Part shown: positions 1-7,649 of the stretch, piece by piece | Layout: every line of letters begins with the position of its first letter | Position numbering within the stretch: position 1 is the stretch's first letter | Source: Candidatus Kaiserbacteria bacterium | Lineage (GTDB): Bacteria; Patescibacteriota; Minisyncoccia; Phycocordibacterales; UBA2100 | Assembly (NCBI GenBank): GCA_028286865.1 | Contig: JAQBQU010000017.1 | Span: forward strand, 14,395-78,394 | DNA: 64,000 nucleotides | Direction: 5' to 3' | Made by a program: the position numbers and the translations under genes | The notes under the pieces: model-generated | What the model saw: only the letters and a program-made list of their open reading frames with translations | Databases searched by the model: none | Told to the model about the DNA's origin: nothing

Positions 1-411
1 CGGCATCATGAGCTTGAATGCGCGGCGATCGATGTCGCGGGCTCCGAAGGTGAGAAGTATCACACATGATGCGAGCAATATGATATCGATGAGTGCCACA
101 AATATCGCATGGTAGCCGAAGAAGAATATCGTCCATGCCGCGTTCAATAAGAGATGGACCAAAAAAAGAGGGACCCAGCCGCTGAAGTTTTTCGCGTGGG
201 GATCCTTTTCCCACACGATGATAAGTGCTGCTGCCATCGTCCCGTAGAGCACCATCCATACGATACCGAACGTCCAGCTCGGCGGATTGAACCAGGGCTT
301 CTGGAGCAGGTCGTACCAGGAGCCGACACCGCTGGAAACGAAGAGTGTACCGAGAAATCCGGTGCCGAAACAGGCGAGGAGTGATATACCGGCGCGGATC
401 AATCTGCGCAT
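1..411 (-). CDS. tspO: TspO/MBR tryptophan-rich sensory protein (3' end runs off window)
   Basis: Manual translation MRRLIRAG...WYDLLQKPWFNPPSWTFGIVWMVLY...LLLNAAWTIFFFG has the TspO motifs; absent from ORF track because truncated. Confidence 0.9.
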   Translation of the reverse strand, partial: MRRLIRAGISLLACFGTGFLGTLFVSSGVGSWYDLLQKPWFNPPSWTFGIVWMVLYGTMAAALIIVWEKDPHAKNFSGWVPLFLVHLLLNAAWTIFFFGYHAIFVALIDIILLASCVILLTFGARDIDRRAFKLMMP

Positions 412-474
412 ATGTCTCAATAAGACCAAGCTATTGAGATCTGTCAAGCGGACCGGTCGCGCATCGTTTCTTTT

Positions 475-564
475 GCGGTCAGGAATATTTTTCTTGCCGA
501 CGCAAGAAAAATTTCACGACTCTGGCTCGCGGTCCCGCAAGCTTGCGGGACATCACTCCGCCTT
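475..564 (-). repeat. tRNA-trailer structured element, copy 1 (after tRNA-Val)
   Basis: Minus strand AGGCGGAG...GCGAGCCAGAGTCGTGAAATTTTTCTTGCGTCGGCAAGAAAAATATTCCTGACC; 3' half nearly identical to that of 4637-4725. Confidence 0.8.
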
Positions 565-609
565 GCGCAAGTGCACAAAAACGCAAAGCAGTTTGCGTTT
601 TTGGCCTTG

Positions 610-683
610 TGCATCCTGCAGGACTCGAACCTGCGACCTTTCGAATGTGAATCGAACGCTCTAACCACCTGAGCTAAGGATGC
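610..683 (-). tRNA. tRNA-Val(CAC)
   Basis: GCATCCT acceptor stem, anticodon arm TTCGA-TT-CAC-AT-TCGAA, GGTTCGAGTCC T-arm. Confidence 0.95.
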
Positions 684-817
684 GCCATATCTCACACGAA
701 CCTCTATCTACGCGTTCCTCAGCTGCACTCGCATTCAAAGGCCCAGTGAGCTAAGGATGCGTAGGGCGAATTATTGCCCAAAAGCACACATGTCTCAAGC
801 TTGATATACTTCTGCCC

Positions 818-1774
818 ATGGAACCCGTCATTTTCAGCCTCGGAGCCAACGATCATCTGGCGGCACAGATCGCAGCGCGGGTAGGCGTGCCGCTCGGCGA
901 GATGAAGCGACGAACCTTCTCCGACGGGGAGGAGCAGATACAATTCTTGGAGAATCTGCGCGGCAAGAATGTCTTTCTGGTGCAGCCCACGAATCCGCCT
1001 GCCGAGAACTGGACGCGGCTTTTTCTTGCGATCGATGCGGCGCGCGGCGCTTCCGCTCATGAGATCACGGCGGTCATTCCGTATTTCGGCTATGCGCGGC
1101 AGGATCGCAAATCGAAACCGCGTGAGCCGATCTCGGCGCGCGTATTTGCGACCATTCTCGAGTCACTCGGCACCGATCGTGTGCTGACCATGGACTTGCA
1201 CAACGACGCCATCGGCGGGTTCTTCCGCACGACCAACGTCGATTATCTCTACGCGCGGCCGGTGCTGCTCGCACACTTCAAGAACATCTTCAAAGATGCG
1301 CTCGCTTCCGATGATCTCGTCGTGGTCTCTCCGGACGCCGGCGGGGTAGTGAGGGCACAATCCTATGCCAAGCGACTCATGAGATCCGCTGATCTCGCCA
1401 TCATCCATAAAGAGCGCGATATTCCCAATCAGATAGCGCGAATGAAGCTCATCGGTGACGTGAAGGGAAAGATAGCGCTCATAGTCGACGATATGGCCGA
1501 CACCTGCGGGACACTTTCGCGCGCGGCGACGTTGCTGATGGAGAACGGGGCTACCGAAGTCTATGCCACGACGACGCATGGCGTGCTTTCGGGCGCCTCC
1601 AACGAGACGATCGACGCTTCGCCCATCAAGAAACTTTTCATTACGGATACCATTTCGCCCGAGCGCACCCTCTCGGAGAAAATAGAGATCGTATCTGTCG
1701 CCAATGTCTTCGGCGACGCGATCAAGCGCATCGAAACAGGGGAATCGCTCAGCGCGCTCTTCGAGACCGAATAA
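818..1774 (+). CDS. prs: Ribose-phosphate pyrophosphokinase
   Basis: FSDGE, PYFGYARQDRK, DLH, VSPDAGG, IVDDMADTCGT motifs. Confidence 0.97.
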   Translation: MEPVIFSLGANDHLAAQIAARVGVPLGEMKRRTFSDGEEQIQFLENLRGKNVFLVQPTNPPAENWTRLFLAIDAARGASAHEITAVIPYFGYARQDRKSKPREPISARVFATILESLGTDRVLTMDLHNDAIGGFFRTTNVDYLYARPVLLAHFKNIFKDALASDDLVVVSPDAGGVVRAQSYAKRLMRSADLAIIHKERDIPNQIARMKLIGDVKGKIALIVDDMADTCGTLSRAATLLMENGATEVYATTTHGVLSGASNETIDASPIKKLFITDTISPERTLSEKIEIVSVANVFGDAIKRIETGESLSALFETE

Positions 1775-1826
1775 TTGCCGACCCCTTTTCCGTTCGATTC
1801 CGTCCTATCGGAAACGCTTAGCTTAT

Positions 1827-1898
1827 TCCTCCCGGCCGGAATCGAACCGACATCAATCCCTTCGGAGGGGACTATCCTATCCATTGAACGACGAGAGG
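1827..1898 (-). tRNA. tRNA-Arg(CCG)
   Basis: CCTCTCG/CGGGAGG acceptor stem, GTCCC-CT-CCG-AA-GGGAT anticodon arm, GGTTCGATTCC. Confidence 0.93.
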
Positions 1899-2046
1899 TA
1901 GTGAGGGACAGAACGAATAGTACTTCATTCTTCCCGAGCGCCCCTCTCGAAAGCTTTGCTTAGGAGAGGTTTGGCTGCTATAGATGTGCCGTGTCCACGT
2001 AACAATCGCGACATAGGCGCGTCTATATCTCTGCTACTATATACCT

Positions 2047-2529
2047 ATGAACACAACGACCAAGACCACGACTCTCCTTGCACTGCTGATCGTACTCGTC
2101 ATCGCGGCGGGACTTCTCCTCTCGCTCTCCACCATCGCTCGGCAACAGCGCATCCTTTCTATCGGCTCATTCGAGGACTGCGCGCTCGCGGGGTATCCCA
2201 TCATGGAGTCCTCCCCGGAGCAGTGCCGCACGCCTGACGGCCGGACGTTCGTCAATTCTAAACAGGTTTCCACGAGCACCGATGTTCTCGCCCCGGCAGC
2301 ACCGCAACCGCGCGACTGTGTCATCGGCGGGTGCAGTTCCCAGCTCTGCGGGGAGCGCGGCGACGATCTTATATCGACCTGCATCTATAAAGCGGAGTAC
2401 GCGTGTTACAAACAGTTCTCCGCGTGCGAACGCCAAGCTGACGGTAAGTGCGATTGGACACCGACCCCTCAGCTTTCGCGTTGCATCGCGAATCCTCCCG
2501 CAACATCCGCTCCCAGCACCGTTTACTAA
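2047..2529 (+). CDS. Membrane-anchored cysteine-rich protein (eight-cysteine-cluster-like domain)
   Basis: N-terminal TM, SFEDCALAGYPIMESSPEQCRTPDGRTF domain, CVIGGCSSQLC...STC...YACYK...CERQADGKCDW. Confidence 0.75.
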   Translation: MNTTTKTTTLLALLIVLVIAAGLLLSLSTIARQQRILSIGSFEDCALAGYPIMESSPEQCRTPDGRTFVNSKQVSTSTDVLAPAAPQPRDCVIGGCSSQLCGERGDDLISTCIYKAEYACYKQFSACERQADGKCDWTPTPQLSRCIANPPATSAPSTVY

Positions 2530-2556
2530 CGCCCCGTGAGGGAGCATACTTTCTGC

Positions 2557-2880
2557 ATGGAGCTTATTCTTTCAGGCATGGCGGCCAGTAGTGGCATTGC
2601 AGAAGGTACTGTTCGAGTTATATCCAGATACGCTCCCAATGCTGATTTTCAGGAAGGAGAGATCCTCGTTACCGAGATGACGGAGCCTGCCATGGTCGCG
2701 ATGATGAATAAGGCGGCCGCTATCGTCACTGATGTCGGTGGGATCACTTCACATGCAGCGATCATCTCTCGTGAACTGGGAGTGCCATGCGTCACCGCGA
2801 CGCGATCAGGCACCGCTACTCTCAAGGACGGCATGAAAGTGCGTGTGGACGGAACGAAAGGCGAAGTGTATTTGATCTGA
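2557..2880 (+). CDS. Stand-alone PEP-utilising enzyme mobile (phospho-His) domain protein
   Basis: GEILVTEMT...AIVTDVGGITSHAAIISRELGVPCV...VDGTKGEV. Confidence 0.9.
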   Translation: MELILSGMAASSGIAEGTVRVISRYAPNADFQEGEILVTEMTEPAMVAMMNKAAAIVTDVGGITSHAAIISRELGVPCVTATRSGTATLKDGMKVRVDGTKGEVYLI

Positions 2881-2881
2881 T

Positions 2882-3961
2882 ATGAAAACGTATCCCGAGT
2901 GGATCGACGAATACGCGCGGATGATACATATGTCCTTCTCGCATATGGTGCCGTCGAGCTGGCATCCCGATGGCTTTGCCGTCCTGCGATTCCTCAACGG
3001 ATCCTTTTTAAAGAAGCTGCATGCTGGGGTAAGGGAACTCCGTGCGCGGCAGATCCCGCTTGAAACCGTCGGTGCAGGATTTCAGCCGTCGAGCCTTCGT
3101 GCGGCCATATATTTTTCAATGCTTGAATATCAGCACTCGCTGCCGAAAGATAAGGCGGCATATAAAGAGATCATAGAGTATCTGGTGAGTGTTCTGAACA
3201 CTGTGATGAAAGAGGATGTATGGGCGTATTCCCGCAACATCGCTCACTCCGCGCATGAGATCAGCGAGATGGTCACGGAGACGCCTTGGAAGAAAGGCGA
3301 CCCGCAGTCGGCCCGGGAGCTCGGGCTTCTGTACAATTCGACGTCTTCGCTGGTGTATTCGCTCTATCACGACTTTTTTCCGCAAGATGCATGCGATGTC
3401 TTCGGCCCCTATGATGTTTCCGCCACACACGGCGAGGGGGCGATACTTCTGGTAAAGAAATTCGTAAAATTGCGACCGGTCGGAGTGTGGTCGGATCTGA
3501 AGAATCAAAAGTATTCCACGATCGAGATCCGGCAGATCTATCAGAATGTCTCGTTCAAGTGCGAGTTCGTCGCAATGCACACCATGTACGAAGGAGATCT
3601 TCGGCAAGGATTGCGTGCATACGCCGTTAAGGTTGACGATACGTGGCTCGAAGACATCGAGGATGTTCGAAACGTGCGTGACGAAGTGACGGTCTTTGCA
3701 CAGGAGCAGGCTAAGGTCCGTGCTCAGCTGACGATACAAGAGATAGGCTACAAGTTCCTCGACCTGCTCTGTTATCAGTACGCCAACTTATTTGAGCTTG
3801 CGGGCATGGATTGGCGTCCTACGGCCGAAATGAAAGATTCGCTCGCGGGCAAAGAGCTTCCGGAGAAGGTGGTCATCGAATCACTTCCCCCGTATGAAGA
3901 GTACGTAGCATCCGCCGACAATGAAGTGTATTGGCTGAAGGATCTGTATACGACCCAATAA
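2882..3961 (+). CDS. Hypothetical protein, adjacent to the phospho-His domain gene
   Basis: 359-aa ORF starting 1 nt after the upstream stop, followed by a terminator. Confidence 0.8.
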   Translation: MKTYPEWIDEYARMIHMSFSHMVPSSWHPDGFAVLRFLNGSFLKKLHAGVRELRARQIPLETVGAGFQPSSLRAAIYFSMLEYQHSLPKDKAAYKEIIEYLVSVLNTVMKEDVWAYSRNIAHSAHEISEMVTETPWKKGDPQSARELGLLYNSTSSLVYSLYHDFFPQDACDVFGPYDVSATHGEGAILLVKKFVKLRPVGVWSDLKNQKYSTIEIRQIYQNVSFKCEFVAMHTMYEGDLRQGLRAYAVKVDDTWLEDIEDVRNVRDEVTVFAQEQAKVRAQLTIQEIGYKFLDLLCYQYANLFELAGMDWRPTAEMKDSLAGKELPEKVVIESLPPYEEYVASADNEVYWLKDLYTTQ

Positions 3962-3990
3962 AAAAGCCCGGCGCATTGCGCCGGGCTCTG
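3960..3990. terminator. Bidirectional intrinsic terminator
   Basis: AAAAAAGCCCGGCGC-ATT-GCGCCGGGCT between convergent genes. Confidence 0.75.
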
Positions 3991-4006
3991 TGCATTCGTG
4001 GTGCGA

Positions 4007-4402
4007 CTATTTGTCGCGGATCTGCTTCATCTCGAAAGCCGACAGGTTGATCCACATCTCTTTGCAGAACTCATCGAGGGCGATGAGATCCGGGCGGGCA
4101 ACCGGTTTGTTGCCCGCTACCGTTTCGAGCATTTCAGCCTTCTTGATCAAAAACTCGCAGAGTTCCGGATCAGTCCAGCGACCGTGATGCGGGTAAAAGG
4201 AGAGCATCACTTTATCGACAACTTCGGTGAGCTTGTCGCTCATTGCGTCAGCATGCTGCGGGGCAAGGCGAGCGATCTCTCGCAGAGCCGCAGCTGACTC
4301 ACGTAATGCGCTTGGCTCCCAGTCTTCGTTGCGGCTGCGAAATCCAAGATTCAGTGTTGCTGTCTTGAATAGCTCCGCTTTCAGCAGATCGTTCAGTGCC
4401 AC
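4007..4402 (-). CDS. Hypothetical protein
   Basis: GTG start after GGAGG SD; TTGACA promoter upstream; the ORF-track extension overlaps tRNA-Ala and is rejected. Confidence 0.65.
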   Translation of the reverse strand: MALNDLLKAELFKTATLNLGFRSRNEDWEPSALRESAAALREIARLAPQHADAMSDKLTEVVDKVMLSFYPHHGRWTDPELCEFLIKKAEMLETVAGNKPVARPDLIALDEFCKEMWINLSAFEMKQIRDK

Positions 4403-4518
4403 ACGGTATCCTCCAAATAGGTAAGCTGAGTAGTTTATAACAGCAAAAAAATATATTGTCAATAAATCTTTCAACCAGCACGAGAGTTTGATAGGATACG
4501 CGGACAAGCATTCAGAAC

Positions 4519-4589
4519 GGGCCCATAGTAAAGTGGTATTACGCGTCCATGGCATGGACGAGTGCGGGGTTCGATTCCCCGTGGGTCCA
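4519..4589 (+). tRNA. tRNA-Ala(GGC)
   Basis: GGGCCCA/TGGGTCC acceptor with G3:U70, CGTCC-AT-GGC-AT-GGACG anticodon arm. Confidence 0.95.
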
Positions 4590-4636
4590 CAAAACGCACA
4601 GAAACCTGCTTGAAGCAGGTTTTGTGGTTTTGTGGA

Positions 4637-4725
4637 AAGCGGAACGATGCCGAGCCAGTGGGCGAGGCCGTGAGCTAGGGTCGTGAAATTTTCCTTGCGA
4701 CGGCAAGGAAAATATTCCTGACCAC
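4637..4725 (+). repeat. tRNA-trailer structured element, copy 2
   Basis: AAGCGGAAC...GTGAGCTAGGGTCGTGAAATTTTCCTTGCGACGGCAAGGAAAATATTCCTGACC. Confidence 0.8.
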
Positions 4726-4751
4726 AAGGTGGAAGCCGTAGCGTTCAGTGG

Positions 4752-4818
4752 AGGTCGGAGCAGCTTGGCTGCGAGGCGGGGTCGCGCAAATTTGCAGCAG
4801 CAAATTATGTGTGACCAC
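4752..4818 (+). repeat. tRNA-trailer structured element, copy 3
   Basis: CGGAGCAGCTTGGCTGCGAGGCGGGGTCGCGCAAATTTGCAGCAGCAAATTATGTGTGACC; near-identical to 12223-12283. Confidence 0.8.
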
Positions 4819-4906
4819 AGCAACAGAAAGACCTGCTTGAAGCAGGTTTTCTGCTTTTGTGGAAAGCGGAACGATGTCGAGTCGTAGCAAGTGCTACCAT
4901 ATGCTC

Positions 4907-5245
4907 ATGACCGAGAAAATGGGCCGAGAATCGATGAGTGCTGAAAAGCGGACCGCGCTTGCGGTTTTGGGCAGGCGATTAGAGCGCTGGGATATTCTCT
5001 ACGACCTCTCGCTACCTATAGAAGAGCGGAAGCATCGATTAATGCTCGATATTCAGAGCGAACTCAATTCATTGGACGCCATTGACGATGAGGATCAGGA
5101 TATGGACGTAGAGATGGACGAGCTCATTGCCGAGTTGGAGCAGCTCGAAGAACTTGAGAATGATGAGACGGCGGCAGAGGAACTCCGCTCAGAAAGAAAG
5201 GCGCACTACTCGGACCTGATTGATGCATTAGCCTTGGCGGGCTGA
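4907..5245 (+). CDS. Hypothetical acidic protein
   Basis: ORF with TGCTACCAT -10 just upstream; D/E-rich helical sequence. Confidence 0.7.
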   Translation: MTEKMGRESMSAEKRTALAVLGRRLERWDILYDLSLPIEERKHRLMLDIQSELNSLDAIDDEDQDMDVEMDELIAELEQLEELENDETAAEELRSERKAHYSDLIDALALAG

Positions 5246-5310
5246 GATAGCGACCCAGATACGAGAGCTTCTTTCCGAAAAAGTGTAGGAACTCCATATT
5301 ATGTAATGTA

Positions 5311-5340
5311 GAAAAGGCGGCCGAAATGGCCGCCTTTTTT
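5311..5340. terminator. Bidirectional intrinsic terminator
   Basis: AAAAGGCGGCC-GAAAT-GGCCGCCTTTTTT. Confidence 0.8.
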
Positions 5341-5369
5341 ATAGAGAGCCGCGAGGTCGGCTCGAATTG

Positions 5370-5630
5370 TCATCCCCGATATTCCGTCCTTTCTCCAATG
5401 TGCAGTATCGAGTGCGTTTTGGTGCCCGGCGATTCGCCGATAACTGTCAGACCGTGATGCTGAACGATGCGCTCAGCACATTTGATCGAACAATAATCGT
5501 GAACTCCGTTGCCGTCGATTATGTATCGCATCTTGCCGGCCCAAAGCGGACAGATATGAATGTCGCATTCCGGCATGCTGCTTTTCTTGCGCGGGTGATC
5601 AAGATCAAGGCTTAGCTGGCGCTCTGCCAT
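5370..5630 (-). CDS. Small hypothetical protein with Cys cluster
   Basis: GGGAGA SD then MAERQLSLDL...CDIHIC...YCSIKC. Confidence 0.55.
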   Translation of the reverse strand: MAERQLSLDLDHPRKKSSMPECDIHICPLWAGKMRYIIDGNGVHDYCSIKCAERIVQHHGLTVIGESPGTKTHSILHIGERTEYRG

Positions 5631-5711
5631 TGTTTTTCTCCCATTCCATTCTGAGCCTACATTTTTACTGCGGACCTGGCTAGTCCCGGCCCTTTTAGAC
5701 ACAGATGTTCG

Positions 5712-5720
5712 TGTGGATAA
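5712..5720 (-). promoter_or_regulatory. Consensus DnaA box
   Basis: TGTGGATAA = reverse complement of TTATCCACA, upstream of mraZ. Confidence 0.6.
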
Positions 5721-5730
5721 CTGTGAGCGC

Positions 5731-5775
5731 GTGGGGTATAGTGGTATATACTCTATTGCAGTGGGAGAAAGTGGG
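5731..5775 (+). promoter_or_regulatory. MraZ-binding direct repeats
   Basis: GTGGG/GTGGT at 5731, 5741, 5761, 5771 (10-nt phasing) upstream of mraZ. Confidence 0.8.
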
Positions 5776-5790
5776 AAATCGTACAAGTTT

Positions 5791-6225
5791 ATGTTTATCG
5801 GAGAATACGAACACAGTCTCGACGACAAGAAGCGGATATCACTTCCGAAGGCCTTTCGCACGGGCCTTGGATCAAAAGTAGTGATGACGCGAGGTCTCGA
5901 TAATTGTCTGTTCGTCTATTCACAGAAAGCGTGGGAGAAGGTCGCCGAGAAGCTCTCGGACCTCTCGTTCGCCCAGGCCGATACGCGTGGCTTCAACCGA
6001 TTCATTCTTTCGGGAGCGGTGGAGGTGGAGGTCGACGGTGCAGGACGAATCCTGATACCGGACCATCAGAAGGATTTCGCAGGACTCAAGAAAAATGTCG
6101 TTTTCGCCGGAGTATCGGACCGAGTCGAGGTCTGGGATGCCGCGCGATGGAACACCTACAAAGCCCGGATCGAAAAAAACGCCGACGCACTCGCCGAGAA
6201 ACTCGGAGAGATCGGAGCACTCTAG
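5791..6225 (+). CDS. mraZ: Transcriptional regulator MraZ
   Basis: MFIGEYEHSLDDKKRISLP...DGAGRILIP...VEVWD. Confidence 0.97.
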   Translation: MFIGEYEHSLDDKKRISLPKAFRTGLGSKVVMTRGLDNCLFVYSQKAWEKVAEKLSDLSFAQADTRGFNRFILSGAVEVEVDGAGRILIPDHQKDFAGLKKNVVFAGVSDRVEVWDAARWNTYKARIEKNADALAEKLGEIGAL

Positions 6226-6264
6226 TGCCACGGGATCGTTGGAGGACTTATTTCACAAATCGTC

Positions 6265-7242
6265 ATGCGCACACGACGCTCACAGTCTTCCAACGATTCG
6301 ATGCCATCAGAGGGTCTGCCACAACAGACCGGCTCGCCCGCACAGGGGCATCGAACAGTTCTTTTACACGAATCGGTCGATTCACTCGACATTCAACCTA
6401 CTGACATCGTGGTCGATGCAACGCTCGGAGGAGCGGGGCACTCGAAACTCATCATGACCCGTTTGGGAAAGGAGGGGACGCTCATCGGCTTTGATGCCGA
6501 TAGCGATGCGATAGAGCGGGGCAAGAGCGCACTTTTAGATACACCAGCATCCGTCCGTTTTGCGAACGCGAATTTCCGCCAGATAAAAGGGGAACTCGAA
6601 CACCTAGGATTAGGACGGATCAATAAAGCGCTTTTCGACCTCGGCTGGAGCTCGTTCCAGCTTTCCGCCGGCAGAGGATTCTCATTCCTATCTGATGAGC
6701 CGCTCTCAATGGCATATGCAAATTCGCCAGCTGGCGAAAGTGCGCTTACCGCAGAGACGATCGTGAATGAATGGAGTGAGGAATCGATCGCAGATGTGAT
6801 ATTCGGCTGGGGCGAGGAGCGCTATTCGCGCCGTATTGCCAAGCGCATCGTCGAAGAGCGATCTGTCAGACCGATCAAGACCGCGCGAGAGCTGGGCGAC
6901 CTTGTGAAAGCGGCGGTGCCGAGCGCCTATCGATACGGGCGCATTCATCCGGCGACCAAGACCTTCCAGGCACTGCGCATTGCGGTCAACGACGAGCTAG
7001 GCGCGCTCACCGAAGCACTCAAGGCTACATGGCAGATACTCGAGCCGGGAGGACGCATTGCCGTCATTTCGTTCCACTCTATCGAAGACCGACTCGTGAA
7101 GCAGCAATTTGCCGCCTGGGTCGCAGACGGCAGCGGTGAAAAGATCACGAAGAAGCCCATCACTCCCTCGACCGAAGAAGTCGCGTCCAATCCGCGCTCA
7201 CGAAGCGCAAAACTGAGAGTCATACAAAAAATAACTATTTAA
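6265..7242 (+). CDS. rsmH: 16S rRNA m4C1402 methyltransferase
   Basis: VDATLGGAGHS, DLGWSS, HPATKTFQALRIAVNDE, SFHSIEDR, NPRSRSAKLR. Confidence 0.97.
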   Translation: MRTRRSQSSNDSMPSEGLPQQTGSPAQGHRTVLLHESVDSLDIQPTDIVVDATLGGAGHSKLIMTRLGKEGTLIGFDADSDAIERGKSALLDTPASVRFANANFRQIKGELEHLGLGRINKALFDLGWSSFQLSAGRGFSFLSDEPLSMAYANSPAGESALTAETIVNEWSEESIADVIFGWGEERYSRRIAKRIVEERSVRPIKTARELGDLVKAAVPSAYRYGRIHPATKTFQALRIAVNDELGALTEALKATWQILEPGGRIAVISFHSIEDRLVKQQFAAWVADGSGEKITKKPITPSTEEVASNPRSRSAKLRVIQKITI

Positions 7243-7244
7243 AT

Positions 7245-7637
7245 ATGAGCCATAAGATCAGCAAGTACACACCATCGATCTTCCAGGGAACCCTGGAGCT
7301 CTCGCGTGCCCGCGGTATCACGCTCTCCTCCGAGCACCCGCTCGAGCAGGTGATCACCAAGGTGCTTTTCATAACGCTCGCGGTCCTTTTGGCCGGCTAT
7401 ATCTATTTTGTCGGCTCATCGGTCATGAATATCATCGCGCGCAAGGAAGCCGATGCGCAGACGACCCAGATCCAAAGCTCGATCGCGGTGCTTGAACAGC
7501 AGTATTTTGCGGTCGGCCAGTCGGTCAGCCCGGAGAAGCAGGCGAGTCTCGGCCTTTCACCGATCTCGAACACCGATTACGTGTACCGCCCGGGTAATGC
7601 CGCCTCGGCCGGCACTATCGCAAGCAACGCCATCTAA
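7245..7637 (+). CDS. FtsL-like cell division protein
   Basis: Single TM plus coiled coil between rsmH and the PBP gene (ftsL position). Confidence 0.65.
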   Translation: MSHKISKYTPSIFQGTLELSRARGITLSSEHPLEQVITKVLFITLAVLLAGYIYFVGSSVMNIIARKEADAQTTQIQSSIAVLEQQYFAVGQSVSPEKQASLGLSPISNTDYVYRPGNAASAGTIASNAI

Positions 7638-7649
7638 AACTGGCTTATA

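Noticed and set aside
287-695. ORF-track ORFs 287-664 and 444-695
   Set aside because: They overlap tspO, tRNA-Val and the trailer element; shared peptides such as SGIFFLP and CKFARPRLAAKLLR in such ORFs merely reflect the DNA repeat
4587-4882. CRISPR array
   Set aside because: Units are long, unequal and structured; no constant repeat with unique spacers, and no cas genes
5712-5720. Replication origin
   Set aside because: Only one DnaA box, no box cluster or unwinding element, no dnaA nearby
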